Shown in pieces: positions 1 through 12,000 of a stretch of DNA of 64,000 nt. Made by a program: the position numbers and the translations under genes. Under the pieces are notes generated by a model. The model was not told where the DNA came from and did not search any database. It saw only the letters and a program-made list of their open reading frames with translations. Position 1 is the stretch's first letter. The number at the start of each line of letters is the position of its first letter. The DNA comes from the human T2T-CHM13v2.0 reference genome, Homo sapiens. The DNA is taken from NCBI RefSeq assembly GCF_009914755.1, contig NC_060932.1; one strand, written 5' to 3'.

Positions 1-433
1 CTTCATCTAAATGACTTTATTCCGTCTCCCTGCCTAGGAATCATGGATTCATATACCTGGACCTTGCTCAGATTGATTGATCTTTCTTCTACATACATTC
101 CTTATTCAGTTTTCATAAATAACAGCAAGAATATGTATGTAATTTCTTCCTCTTTTTAAGCTGTAACTGAATCCTCATGGCAAAGCTCAGCCCTCTCTTT
201 TCTGTGCTTTGCCACCCTTTGGTTCATTTGTCTACTTGAATTCATCACAATGGAGTATAACTGATATACGTCTATCTCCCTTTTTAGGCTGTTCTTCATG
301 GGCCAGGGAAAATAAACAAAATTTATATATAGCTGTATACACGCAGTATAGCTCTTAAAACGTAGTAAACACTCAGTGAAGTTTCTTTAAGCATATCACA
401 TAGGTTAAAATTGCAGAATGGTGAATAAAATGA

Positions 434-595
<162 letters not shown>

Positions 596-1089
596 TGATA
601 TGTGTTGCTAGATCCAGTGAGAGCCAAGGAATAGCATCAATATGGAGTAAAAATCTGTGGGATACCTCTGTTAGCATCCCCAGGCGAGGAAGCAAGAGTC
701 CTTTGATGAAAATAAAAGTGAGAGCTGGGATCAGCTTGTGTTTGGGGAAGTACTGCTAATGCCCCCTCGTGGTTGATTATGAATTATCTGTGAGACCCCA
801 CAGGTTCCTAGCGAGAGAGGAGCTTCTGCCAGAGTTCTTCACTGCTTTATAGCCCCAGTTCCCTAGGGTGTCCTTTACTTCTGCTGACAGAGCTGTAAGT
901 AGGGCAGTAACAGGAAGGAAGAAAATCGTGGATATGGTAGAAAATAAGTGTAAAATTTAACATTTCTCCTACATACATTTCTTATTTTGTTTTCATAAAA
1001 ACAACAAGAATATGTGTTTAATTTCTTTAGGTTAGCAGAAACAAATGCATATTTTGGCTGTCACGGGCAAACTAATCGCTAGTGAGGAG

Positions 1090-2560
1090 CAGATTATAAT
1101 TGTGCGATTCAGTGATATTTAGCAGAGTGTGGAGTTGCACAGCCATCCCCCAAATTCATTTTTAGATCATTTTTGTCACCTCAGAAAGACCTTCATGTCC
1201 CTTTACAGCCTATCTCTGTACCCACCGTTAGCACCAGGCATACACTGATTTGTTTTCATCTCTATAGATTGCCTTTTCTGGATATTTTATAGAAGTGGAC
1301 TCATACAATGCAATCTTTTGTGCCTGACTTCTTTAACTTAGTAAAATGTTTTCGAAGTTCATTCTTGCTATAGAATGTATCCATTTTCTTTCATTTTAAT
1401 TGCAAAATACTGTTCCATTGTATGGATATGCTGTATTTTGTTTATCTATTTGCCAGTTAGTGAAAATTGGGTCTGGTTCCAGTTTGGGCTCCTATAAATA
1501 ATGCTGTTATCAGCATTTATGTTCAAGTCTTTGAATGGACCTAATGTTTTTATTCTTTTGGGTAGACATTAAACGTGGAATTGATGCCTGTGTTGTATGA
1601 TAAGCTCATATTTAACTAATTAAGAAACTGCCAAACTATTTGTCACTGTGGCTGTGCCATATTTACTGGCAATGCATGAGGATTCCAGTTTCTCTATATC
1701 TTTGCCAACACTTGGCATTTTCAGTTTTTCTGATTATAGCCATGCTAGTGGGTGTGTAGTGCTATCTCATGGTGGTTTAAATTTGTATTTTGCCAGTGAC
1801 TAATTACATTAAGCATGCTTTCATGTGCTTATTAACTCTTCATGTCTCCTTTAGTGAAATGTTTATTCAAATCTTTTACCCATTTAAAAATTGGGATGTT
1901 TATTGTATATTGAGCTGTAAATGTTTGTTATTTCAGATATAAGTCCTATATCAGGTATACAATATGCAAATATTTCCTCTCAGTGTTGTTTGTCTGTTCA
2001 TTTTTAAAGTATCATCTTTTAAAATCAGAAGTTTTAAATTTTGATGAAGTCTAATTTATTACATTTTTCTCTGTTATGACCGTGTTTTTTTGGTCATATA
2101 TAAGAAATCTGTATTCAGGTCTTGTACTTACTTTTTATTCCTTTGTTTTCCCACTTTTGATGCTATTGTGATTGAAATTATCTTATGGCATTTTAAAATT
2201 GTTCATTGCTAATATATGGAAATTTAACTGGCTTTTGTTTATTGATCTTGTGTCCTGTGATCTAAATTTATGTATTTGGTAAGTAGTTCTTTTGTAGCTT
2301 CTTAGGGTATTTTGCATATAGGATCAATTATCTGATAATAAAGATGATTTTACTTCTTCTTTTCCATTGTGGATAACTTATTTTTTTTCTTGCCTTATTG
2401 CACTGGCTAGAACCTTCAGTATAGTGTTGAATAAAAGTGGTAAGAGTGGGCACACCTGCCGTGTTTCTGATCTCAGTAGGAAAACATTTAGTCCTTCCGC
2501 ATTAAGTATGATGTTTGCTATTGATTTTTTTGGTAGATGTTCTTTCTTATGTTTAGTAAC
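1090..2560 (-). mobile_element. Old L1 (L1MB/L1MC-like) 3' UTR and ORF2 fragments
   Basis: Antisense L1M 3'-end text (tctatagattgccttttctggatattttatagaagtggactcatacaat; gcactggctagaaccttcagtatagtgttgaataaaagtgg); boundaries approximate. Confidence 0.8.
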
Positions 2561-2679
2561 TTATTATATTTCTAGTTCATATGATATGATGTGAATAATA
2601 TTCATATATATTGACAATGCTATGAATTACATGCATTGACAATGCTATGAATTACTATTCATATTATTCATATTGTTTA

Positions 2680-4105
2680 ATGATTCAATTATTGAGAATG
2701 AGATATTGAAATCTCCATGTATAATTAAATTATCTATTTTACCCTTTAACTCTGTCCATTTTTGTTTGCTGTATTTTGGGACTCTGTTAGATATGCACGC
2801 ATTCATAATTGTTAGATTCATATTTCTGTTTATCATCATGAAATGGTCTTCTTTGTCCTTGTGGCATTTCTTTTGTTAAAGTCTATTTTTCCTAATAATA
2901 TTATAGCTATGATAGCTCTCTTACTATTTGTATATCTTTTTCTGTCATTTTACTTACAAGCTATTTATGATCTTTAAAATGTCTCTAGAAGATGGCATAT
3001 TGTTGGGTCTACTTTTTGTCCAGTCTGACAGTCTCTGGGGTCCTCAGTTTGTTTGTTTTTAATGTAATTATTGATATGATGGTATTTACATGTGCCATTT
3101 TATTACTTTTTCCTACATGTCTTTTTTGTTTGTTTCTCTGTTCCTGTTTTACCACCTACTTTTGTGTCAATCAAGCATTTTTTATGTACCATTTTGATTC
3201 CTCTCAATTTTTAAACTATATCATTAGGAGTGTTTTTGGTGATTGCTCTAGGAACTACAATATGCATCTTAACATATCAAATCCATATTAGGTTAATGCT
3301 GACCTAATTCCAGTTAAAAGTAGGGGACATTTGGCTATAATATTTCCTGAGTAGAAATGGAAAATGTTCCATTTCATCTCTCCTCTACTGTGCTATTATT
3401 GCCATATATATTACATTATATATGTTATAAACTTCACAACACAGTGTTACAATTATTGCTTTCTATATTTTTCTACAGTCTTTTATAGTTAGGTACACAT
3501 TTACCATCTCTGGTGCTCTTATTTCTTCCTGTGTATTTGACTCTGATATTAGGTTTTTCAGCCCTTAGTACTTCTTCTTCTTGTAAGTCAGTTCTACTAG
3601 CAATAACTTTGCTCAGTCTTTTTTTTTATTTTTTTTAAATCTGCGAATGTCTTTATTTTGCCTTCATTTTTGAAGGATAGTTTTACTTGGACATAGAACT
3701 TTTTGACTGGTAGATTTTTTTCTCAGTCAGCGCTTTGAATATGTCATTCTACTACCTTATGGCTTCCATTGTTTCTGATGATAAGGCATCTGCTATAATT
3801 GTATGGTTGTTATACTTTATATGATGGGTCATTTTTCTCTTTTTTGCTGCTTTCTAGATTTTCTCTTTGTGTTTTTCTTTCAGTAGTTCAATGATGTGTT
3901 TATGTGTGGGGATGATTGTACATTTCTTATTTATAGTTGAGCTGTTTGAATCTATAGATTAATTTTTCATCAAATCTGGGAAGTTTTTAGCCATTATTTT
4001 AGAAATATTTATCTGACCCTTTGTTTTCTTCTTCAGTGACCCCAAGTTACACACATATTGGTAAGCTTAATGTTTCCTCTTGGTTCCTGATGTGCTTTCA
4101 TTTTT
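2680..4105 (-). mobile_element. Old L1 fragment spanning ORF2 endonuclease to ORF1 region
   Basis: ORF 2645..2839(-) encodes ...KYSKQKWTELKGKIDNLIIHGDFN..., a decayed L1 endonuclease GDFN segment; downstream text resembles antisense L1M ORF1; boundaries approximate. Confidence 0.75.
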
Positions 4106-4112
4106 CTACAAT

Positions 4113-4189
4113 CTCCTGGGCTCAAGCGATCCTCTTACCTCAGCCTCCCAAAGTGCTGAGACTACAGGTGTGAGCCACTGTGCCTGGTC
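4113..4189 (-). mobile_element. Alu/FLAM 5' fragment
   Basis: ctcctgggctcaagcgatcc...cctcccaaagtgctgagactacaggtgtgagccactgtgcctgg. Confidence 0.85.
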
Positions 4190-5633
4190 AGGAAACATAT
4201 TCTTCATGTATGTATAAGGAGCTGGCTCTCGTCAGCCAGTCTAAAGTGGTAGCCAACCTGTGGTATTATGAATTGAGTTCGCAATCTATACAGTACTAAT
4301 ACACAAGGCAATAAAAGTGGGCTAGACAGCCCTGAGTGATTTTAGGACACTTCAGTCCAGAGGTAGGTGAGGGGATGGCTGCTTTACAGAGATGCTAACA
4401 TACTGGAATGGAAATATCACTGGAAATATAATGAGATGTAGATAGTTGTGTTTCATAGGATTCCTCTGGGGGAAAATACCATATATAGTTTGAAAGAATA
4501 TTTTGATAACCCGATTGCAGTAGGGAGTGAAACCCCCAAAGAGCATGCTTGCGTAAGAGCATGCATTTGCTGCTATGCTTTCTGAGGTGTCTGGGTGAAG
4601 TTACATTCAGAGTGCTGATTTTGCTGACTTTGCTGACTTGGACACACATATTGAGGCTGATATGCAGTTGCTCAGGACAGCAGAAAATTGTTCTGCTACT
4701 ATCAGTCTTCCTTTTGCATCCTTTACTGATCAACACTCAGCCTCTCCTCTCAGTGAACCTGAAACAGTATTTTAAAAATTGTAGTATGAAAGTTGCTAAC
4801 TTAGTTTGATATTTGAGGGGCTCTCTCTTCCCTCTGTTAGATATTTATTAAATAGTTTGTCTGTTGTAGGCACTGCAGAAAGAAGGTTTGGGCAAGTTTC
4901 AAGTCTGTTTCATTGCATGTTGTTTATGAAGGTAAAGGCTTTTTTTTTATCAGAGTCAGTTTTCTCTTGACCACCACTTTATCATCAATGAAAGCTGCTT
5001 CAGTTTCACCCCACTCTGATTCCTGATTTTGAGATTTCCTCATTCATCTTGCCTCTGTGGAAATCCTATCTGACCTCCTTCTCTGACACTGGCTTTCCAG
5101 TGTCTTTGGTGCAGTGTGATAGCAAAAAAGCGACTCAGAGATCACTTGCTTAAAACCTGTCCTATTTATGGAGAGGAAAACTAGAATTCTGAAATCAACC
5201 CAAGTTGTATCACTTGTCAGTTGCAGAGCCTGAGTTAGAACCCAACTGTCTTGATACTTGCCCTTCTACAACATAATATACCTTTCTTTATAAGCAAAAT
5301 CAATCTATCTATTTATGTGTCAACCATCTGTTTATCCACCACTTATCCATCCATTAATCCATCCATTCATTCATCTCTCCATCTCTTTCCCATCTCTTTT
5401 TCCTCAGACTTCATACTCAGGAGAATATAGGTGCATTAATTTTTAAGATACAGATTCAAAACACAGTTCTGTAACTAGTGTTTCTCTTTGTCTCTCTGTG
5501 AGTGTTTGTGACTGAATATGCTCTTCTTAGAGAAAGAAAGTATATGAAGACATATGCTTTCACTAGTTTTTAGCATTTTATGGTGGAAGAAAGTTTCACA
5601 GCGTGAGATTATTAAAGATGTAATTAATTTTGA

Positions 5634-5828
<195 letters not shown>

Positions 5829-6454
5829 TAATGAGTCTGATATTCTAAAGGAAGCGTAGACCATAAGTATTGGAAAAAAGTGGCCATTTTGTCACAAATT
5901 TATATATAGTGTAGGAAACAGATGTTCAGTGGAAAAGCCACTGAAAGAGCTTTTGGTGCTCTTTGTATAAAACATACTTGTTTAAGTTTCATTTAGAGGA
6001 AATGCATTAGCTTCAAGATAGATCCCATTAAGTTCATTATGACTAGTTTATATAGCATTTTGCAGAGCCTTTTATTTTAAATAAATCCACTGCTGGTATA
6101 TTTTTGATTTCCTTAAACTTTGATGACTTTGTGATGCTAATGAAATTAAGGTCAAAATTATATAATTGCATAACTAGGATTTAAAATTATTATTCAAGGG
6201 AATAGTGTGGGTCACATGAGACAATAAATGATAGAATGTGGAATGAGATTGCTAAGAAAACATTGCCTTTAGAAGATGTAAAACATCCTACTAATGGTTG
6301 TAGGTTTGTTGCCTCATTATAGTAACCACAATTTTTATTATGAAAAATACACTGTAAGGTGCCAACTACTGCCCTTACTGCAAGGGACCTATGAATAGGT
6401 CAAGATGGCAATTTTTGAAACTGCGTTTTTTGGAACCATAACATCAGGATGGGC

Positions 6455-6585
6455 AGCCTGGGATAGTGGTTAAGCACATGAACTCTGAGTTTAAATCCCA
6501 AGTATTGTGCTTACAGGGCATGTAATCGAACCTCTTAATGCCTTGGTTTTTCATTTATGAAATAGAGATGATGATTATGATGATG
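6455..6585 (+). mobile_element. MIR fragment
   Basis: atagtggttaagcacatgaactctg...tttttcatttatgaaatagagatgat resembles the MIR core. Confidence 0.6.
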
Positions 6586-6612
6586 ATGAATTTATAGCAC
6601 AGACCTATGGGA

Positions 6613-6685
6613 ATGTGTGTATGTATGTATGCATGTGTATTCTGAATACATATATATATATATGCATATATATAGGATTATATAA
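6613..6685. repeat. TG/TA-rich simple repeat
   Basis: atgtgtgtatgtatgtatgc...catatatatatatatgcatatatata. Confidence 0.8.
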
Positions 6686-8923
6686 TGATAATGATTAATT
6701 TAACTATTTTATATAAATCAATTAGCATAGTCTGTGCTTTATAAGTATTAGCCATTATTATTCATATCTATTTGATTCCGACTTATTTTAATATATAAAT
6801 TACTACTTGGCATCTAAACTTCACAAAATACTCAGAAATACTAGAGGCATATTAACTAGTATTTTTATTGATTTGCTTTTTAAGAAATAAATGTTGAATT
6901 TGAACTAAAAATATAGTTTAATACAACTCTTGTCAATTCCATAAATTGGGTATCTGCGTAAATTTTATTTGAAAATATTTGTTCCTTATTAAAGAAATAA
7001 GAGTCTAGCATTGCTTGCTTAAGCCATAAAAAGCCACAGAGAGGCTGACACAGGAGTCCCCAGCTCTGCAGAGGGAGTATTGTTGCAAATGTGTCTCCTT
7101 TTTTTCTGAGAATCCCTACAGACCTCTGACTTGACTCAGTTTGCATGTGTACTCATAACTGCAGTTATTCCTGACCCTGATTTTGGAATCCCAGGGGATT
7201 TAAGAAGGGATAGGGAGATTAAAAGGTTACATCATGACAAAGTGGTTATTCTAAATTACTCATTTCTGATTAGGGATGAACTCAGGTATTTGAACTGACC
7301 TCCCAAAAGAAAGCATCGTGGATTTATCCTTTCTTAGCCAGAAGGTCAGTTTAGAGCCCCTTCAAGCAGTGGATGGATGACCTCCTTTCCGTTTTCTGGT
7401 AGATTATCTCCACAAAGCAACATGAAAAAACTGTTAACTCATGTAGTAGATACATTGGCATTGATATTTGTCTGTGTTGTACCATCAGCTGAAAAATTCT
7501 GCTGGGATTTTCTTTGATTTAGGGTGGTTTTGTTTATTCAGAAAAGATATTATATGGATTAGGTTGTAGTGTTAGGAAAAGATACATTGATGTTATTTGT
7601 GGAGCTTGAAATTATTGAGTTGGTCAATCAACATTGGGTTCTTAGCAAGTAATGGCCAAGGGATTGTGAGTGATGGTTTTCTCTCACTATTTCACATTAT
7701 GTAAATTCATATTCAACTCCTTAGATAATTGGACTCCAAATTATGGCCTGCAGACTGACTTGACCACTTGACATAGAGGCACCTGTGGTGCCTCTACTCT
7801 TTAGAGTTTCTGGAGAAGCCTGCATGTCTCACTTATGGATTTGTGATCCAGCATAACTTTTAAACCTTGTCTTGGGAGTGATATAATATGTATTCCTCTG
7901 GTGTTAGCTCTGCAGAACAAGGTGTGAACATAATGAATTTAGGGTCCGAGTTTATGGCAGAGTTTTCAACAATAACAGAACTCAAAAGAATATAACAACT
8001 GCATATTTTCCCACTGTTTGTTGAGAATTTAGAAAATTCTTTTCAAGACTTGCCTCAGGATTTCTGTAATTGTGTTAGTTACGTGATGATGGCAACCATA
8101 GTAAGGAAACACATGACTAATTAAAAAGCAATGTGGTCCCAACTGTCTAGACAGTGGGTGAAGATGTTTAATTTTGTGCTTTTAAACAACTAACAAGGGC
8201 TTTCAATATGTTTAAGAGATTAAGGATTATTCTAGTTTTGATGAATGGGAAAAATATAAATAAAAAGACCCTCCAAATCCCCTAAATACCAAAAACAAAA
8301 AAGGAAGCTATTGAGGGGTATATGGCAGTTCATTTGTCACATAGAATAAGCCTGAGTAATTGGGGAAAACAGCATAAATAGCTCCTTTAATGATGGAGTA
8401 TTGTAGAAGTTTTAAATTACCTTGTTGTAGTATAAGACATTATTTTAAAATTTTACTTTGTTTATGACATAGTTTTATAGTTTCTCAAAAATATTAGAAA
8501 ATAGGATTTCTAAATTATTTTTGAAATTATGACATACTTAAAGATTTGTTATTCTGTTAAAGACCCTAGAAAAATGAAATTAACATATAAAGATGTGCTT
8601 CTGTTAGAACAAAAGTCAAATTATTAAAAACATAAAAATTTATCCTCCCAGTAAGATATTTGACCATTCGAAAGGAGGAACCTAACTTAATTTTTAAAAA
8701 CAAAGTAAGTTTGAGGAAAAATTAAAGTGACTGCAAAAATGTGCATTTGGGTTATACTTACTCATTGATTCAAACTTTTATTTTTGATCTTAGAGGAATT
8801 TGTGATGTCACTTATGGAAGTGGCTCTCATGATCTTTGCAGTTTTCATTTCCTGGTCAGTCTGAACCTGCTGTACCAGAAAGCTGAAGATCAAAGGGCGA
8901 TTTGTTTTTTTGTGTATAAACAG

Positions 8924-9085
8924 GAGTTGCTGAAGCGGACTCCACGGAAACACAGTGACTATGCAGCAGTGATGGAAGCCCTCCAAGCCATGAAAGCTGT
9001 CTGTTCCAACATAAACGAGGCCAAGAGACAGATGGAGAAGTTAGAAGTTTTAGAGGAATGGCAGTCTCACATTGAAGGCTGGGAG
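8924..9085 (+). CDS. PREX2: PREX2 coding exon (probable exon 6), end of DH: [13 protein letters not shown]...[26 protein letters not shown]
   Basis: aaacag|GAG, GAG|gtacat; 162 nt, phase 0-0; lies inside ORF 8741..9247. Confidence 0.97.
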
Positions 9086-12000
9086 GTACATTCACTTTGC
9101 TTGACAATCGAGCTTAAGATAGTTTTATGTTGCAGGCCTCGTGCAGAATTACTGGCGTTGGATGGAACCATAAATGGTCATTTTCTCAGATATTACTTGA
9201 GGACTGTAGTCAATTCTGAAAAGTGCTCACTTTCATCATTATTTTAAAGTATCTTTAAGGTGGTGGTTAATTGAGTTAACCTTGACCCAATAAGTTTGTG
9301 ATGGAGCCAATAGATACTATGTGGGCTATAAGCTTTAATATTTTAGCATTTATGCATCATGATGATCCTGTTCCTCTCTCAACTTTGGCCATAAGTACAT
9401 AGCCTGAATCCTGGGAGAGTGAAGAAGGGAAGGAAAGTTCAGTAGGTGTGCTGTGATATTACTTTCAGACTCTAAATTAGGTGTTCACTTAACCTCTTTG
9501 TTTTGATTTCTTCATTTATAAACTGAAGGAACTGGCTATGATCTTATTTTTAAGGTTTATTCAAGATGAAAATGTTATGGCTTCCTGAGTCACTAAGGAA
9601 ATTTTTTTATGCCAAAAAAAGAGTATAGTTCAAAATCTGTAAAATGTTTTCAGCTAATGGTAACTTTGATTCCCAGTTATTTCATGCGGTTGGAGTCCTA
9701 TGTTACTTTACCACTATGCAAAGAATGAACTAAAATTCTGTCATTACATTGCCTTAATTTATATGAGTATAAGCTTTGGACTAGGTTAAATTTTTTCTTT
9801 TTATAAAGTAAGCAATTAAGATAATTTTTAAGTGTAGGAAAGATTGAAAATGCTCCTAGCCAAATACTGTATCACATAAAACCAAGTGGATTGCTTTTAT
9901 CTTTAAGGCTTTAGATGAATTTGTTTCTTACCTTTGATATGGTATTTTTCATTTGGACCTAAAATTATGTTCACCCAGATATGCAAAGAAACCTCAAACA
10001 TTGACCTTAAAGAATTCTTCCGTTTGTCCCTTCTCTCCTGTGAATCTTTTAAAATGCTAACTGGGGTTGACCTAGCTGCTTCTTTGTCCAACTCTTTCCA
10101 TTTCAAGTGTCCGGAGTGCCCTCATATTCAGCATGAATGCTGCCTCTTTCAGGCGGCTAAAATGGTTGTGTGTTTTACAGTTGATTCATGATGATAATTT
10201 CTTTCCTGGGGAGCTGTTGTCTTGCTGTGATGAGAAGAATGGACTCAAGTTTGCTTTTGGAGTTCTGTTGTCACTCAAACACTGGAAGAAAAACCGAACT
10301 TGCTTTAAATTGCAGAATTTGTCAGTGAAATGTGCCAGGCCTTTTACTAAAACAAAAACTTCAGAGATTTTTTTCAGCACTCTAGGGAAATGGAATCTGT
10401 CATAATTTTGTTTCATCCTGGTGTATATCCTAAAAATTGAGTGTACTGCAGAAATGAGAGATTCCTTAAAAGTTATTGATATTGTTTATACAGTATACAC
10501 CAGTTACTCAAAGGAAGAATGAATGTAGGTGGAACTATATCATATGTAGCCCACAACCGAGGGTGCCTGACTTCACCAGCTTTCGTGGTTTTACAAAATT
10601 CTGAGTGCAAGAGAAAATGGGGCATTGAGACAGAGAAAACTGGATGGAGTTAAGGAATTCTGTTGTGTATTCAGAGAAATTAGAGAGGAATTTTGCCACT
10701 TGTTAGGTATAAGAACTTGGGTAAGTTAAATAGCTGTCGTTTTTAAATTCTACAGTCAGAGTTCCAGGAGGCACAGGGGAGATAATATGAAAGTTGGGTT
10801 CCAAGAAAGTGGTTCTAAGAAGAAGTGGCAACATAAATTCTACTTGAGTAGGAATTGACAATGATTGCGAAAGACAGCCATACAGAGATTGGGAGTTTTG
10901 GGACTTTGAGGGAGTGCAGCTTGGAGCAGGGCCCAGTCAGTGGGTTTGGCAATTTGTGATAAGAACCCCATTGCCTGTCCCAGCCCACCACCCCATCGAG
11001 GGGGGAACTTGGTTTTCAGGCCTGGTCCCTTCTGGGGAGTTCAGGAGAAATTGCTAGTCTCATAGGACTCTCTGTAAGGACGCAGAGTCACACAGGCTGA
11101 ATTCAGGCCCTGGGAGGAAGCTGTAATGAGTTAAAGAGCTGTCTTTGACTTGCTGATGGTGATCCTTGCTCAGCCTGCAGAAGCTTTGTGTGTCTGTGGA
11201 GAGGCTACCTTAGCGTTAGGACAGGGAGAAGTTCAGACGTAGGGTGGCATGACAGTTACAGAATGCAGAGTTCCCTGACAAGTTTTTGACGTTAGGAGTC
11301 TTGGGCTTATGCTAGGAAACAGCTCCCTCTCCAGCTCCTTCCACAGCCTCCTGCAGACCACCTTCAGGGCCTCCTTAGGGAGGACATTGTTCCTTCAGTA
11401 ACTAAAATTCTATTTGATGGAATCCAAGTCTGATACACCGTGAATTTGCATTGTTTCTATTATGGGTGGATTATTCTCTCACTTAATTATCTGGGGACTT
11501 GCTTCACTGTTAATCAAATGAAAGCTTTTGTTTTAAACAATAAAATCTCTTAAGCACAATGTGCCTATCTAGTATTTTGTTCTACTAAATTATTTACATT
11601 CCTGAATGTTGAATTTAGGTAAACAAGCAATTGAAATTTCTTGTTTGCAAAACATATGACAGTGAGAAAAGGGTGGCTTTTGAGCAGAGTTGGTTTTTAG
11701 TCTGGACTCTAACCCTTTGTTTGGGGATGATATATAATACCTCTCCTACACAGAGTGCAGATTATTGCAGAAGTCAAATGAAATAAGTAAAAGTGCTTTG
11801 AATACTGTAAAATGCTATGCAAATATGAAGTGGTATTTTAAAGCTTTAAGAAATTTCCCTCGTTTGTCTAATATATGCACCTGTCTACTGAAGGTAGTAT
11901 AGTACTTAGGGTTATATGGTTCTAAGCAACAGAAACTAAAAGAAAAATTAGTTTAAAAGATTGGGTAGCTTGCAGAGTCAATACAAAAGCTACAGTGTCA

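Noticed and set aside
8921-8926. CAG-GAG tandem (NAGNAG) acceptor
   Set aside because: A distal GAG acceptor is rarely used; no further support in the sequence.
8741-9247. 168-aa ORF, the longest in the track, as a separate gene or retained-intron isoform
   Set aside because: Its core is the 162-nt PREX2 exon; the flanks are open intron by chance, start at GTG and show no protein-like features.
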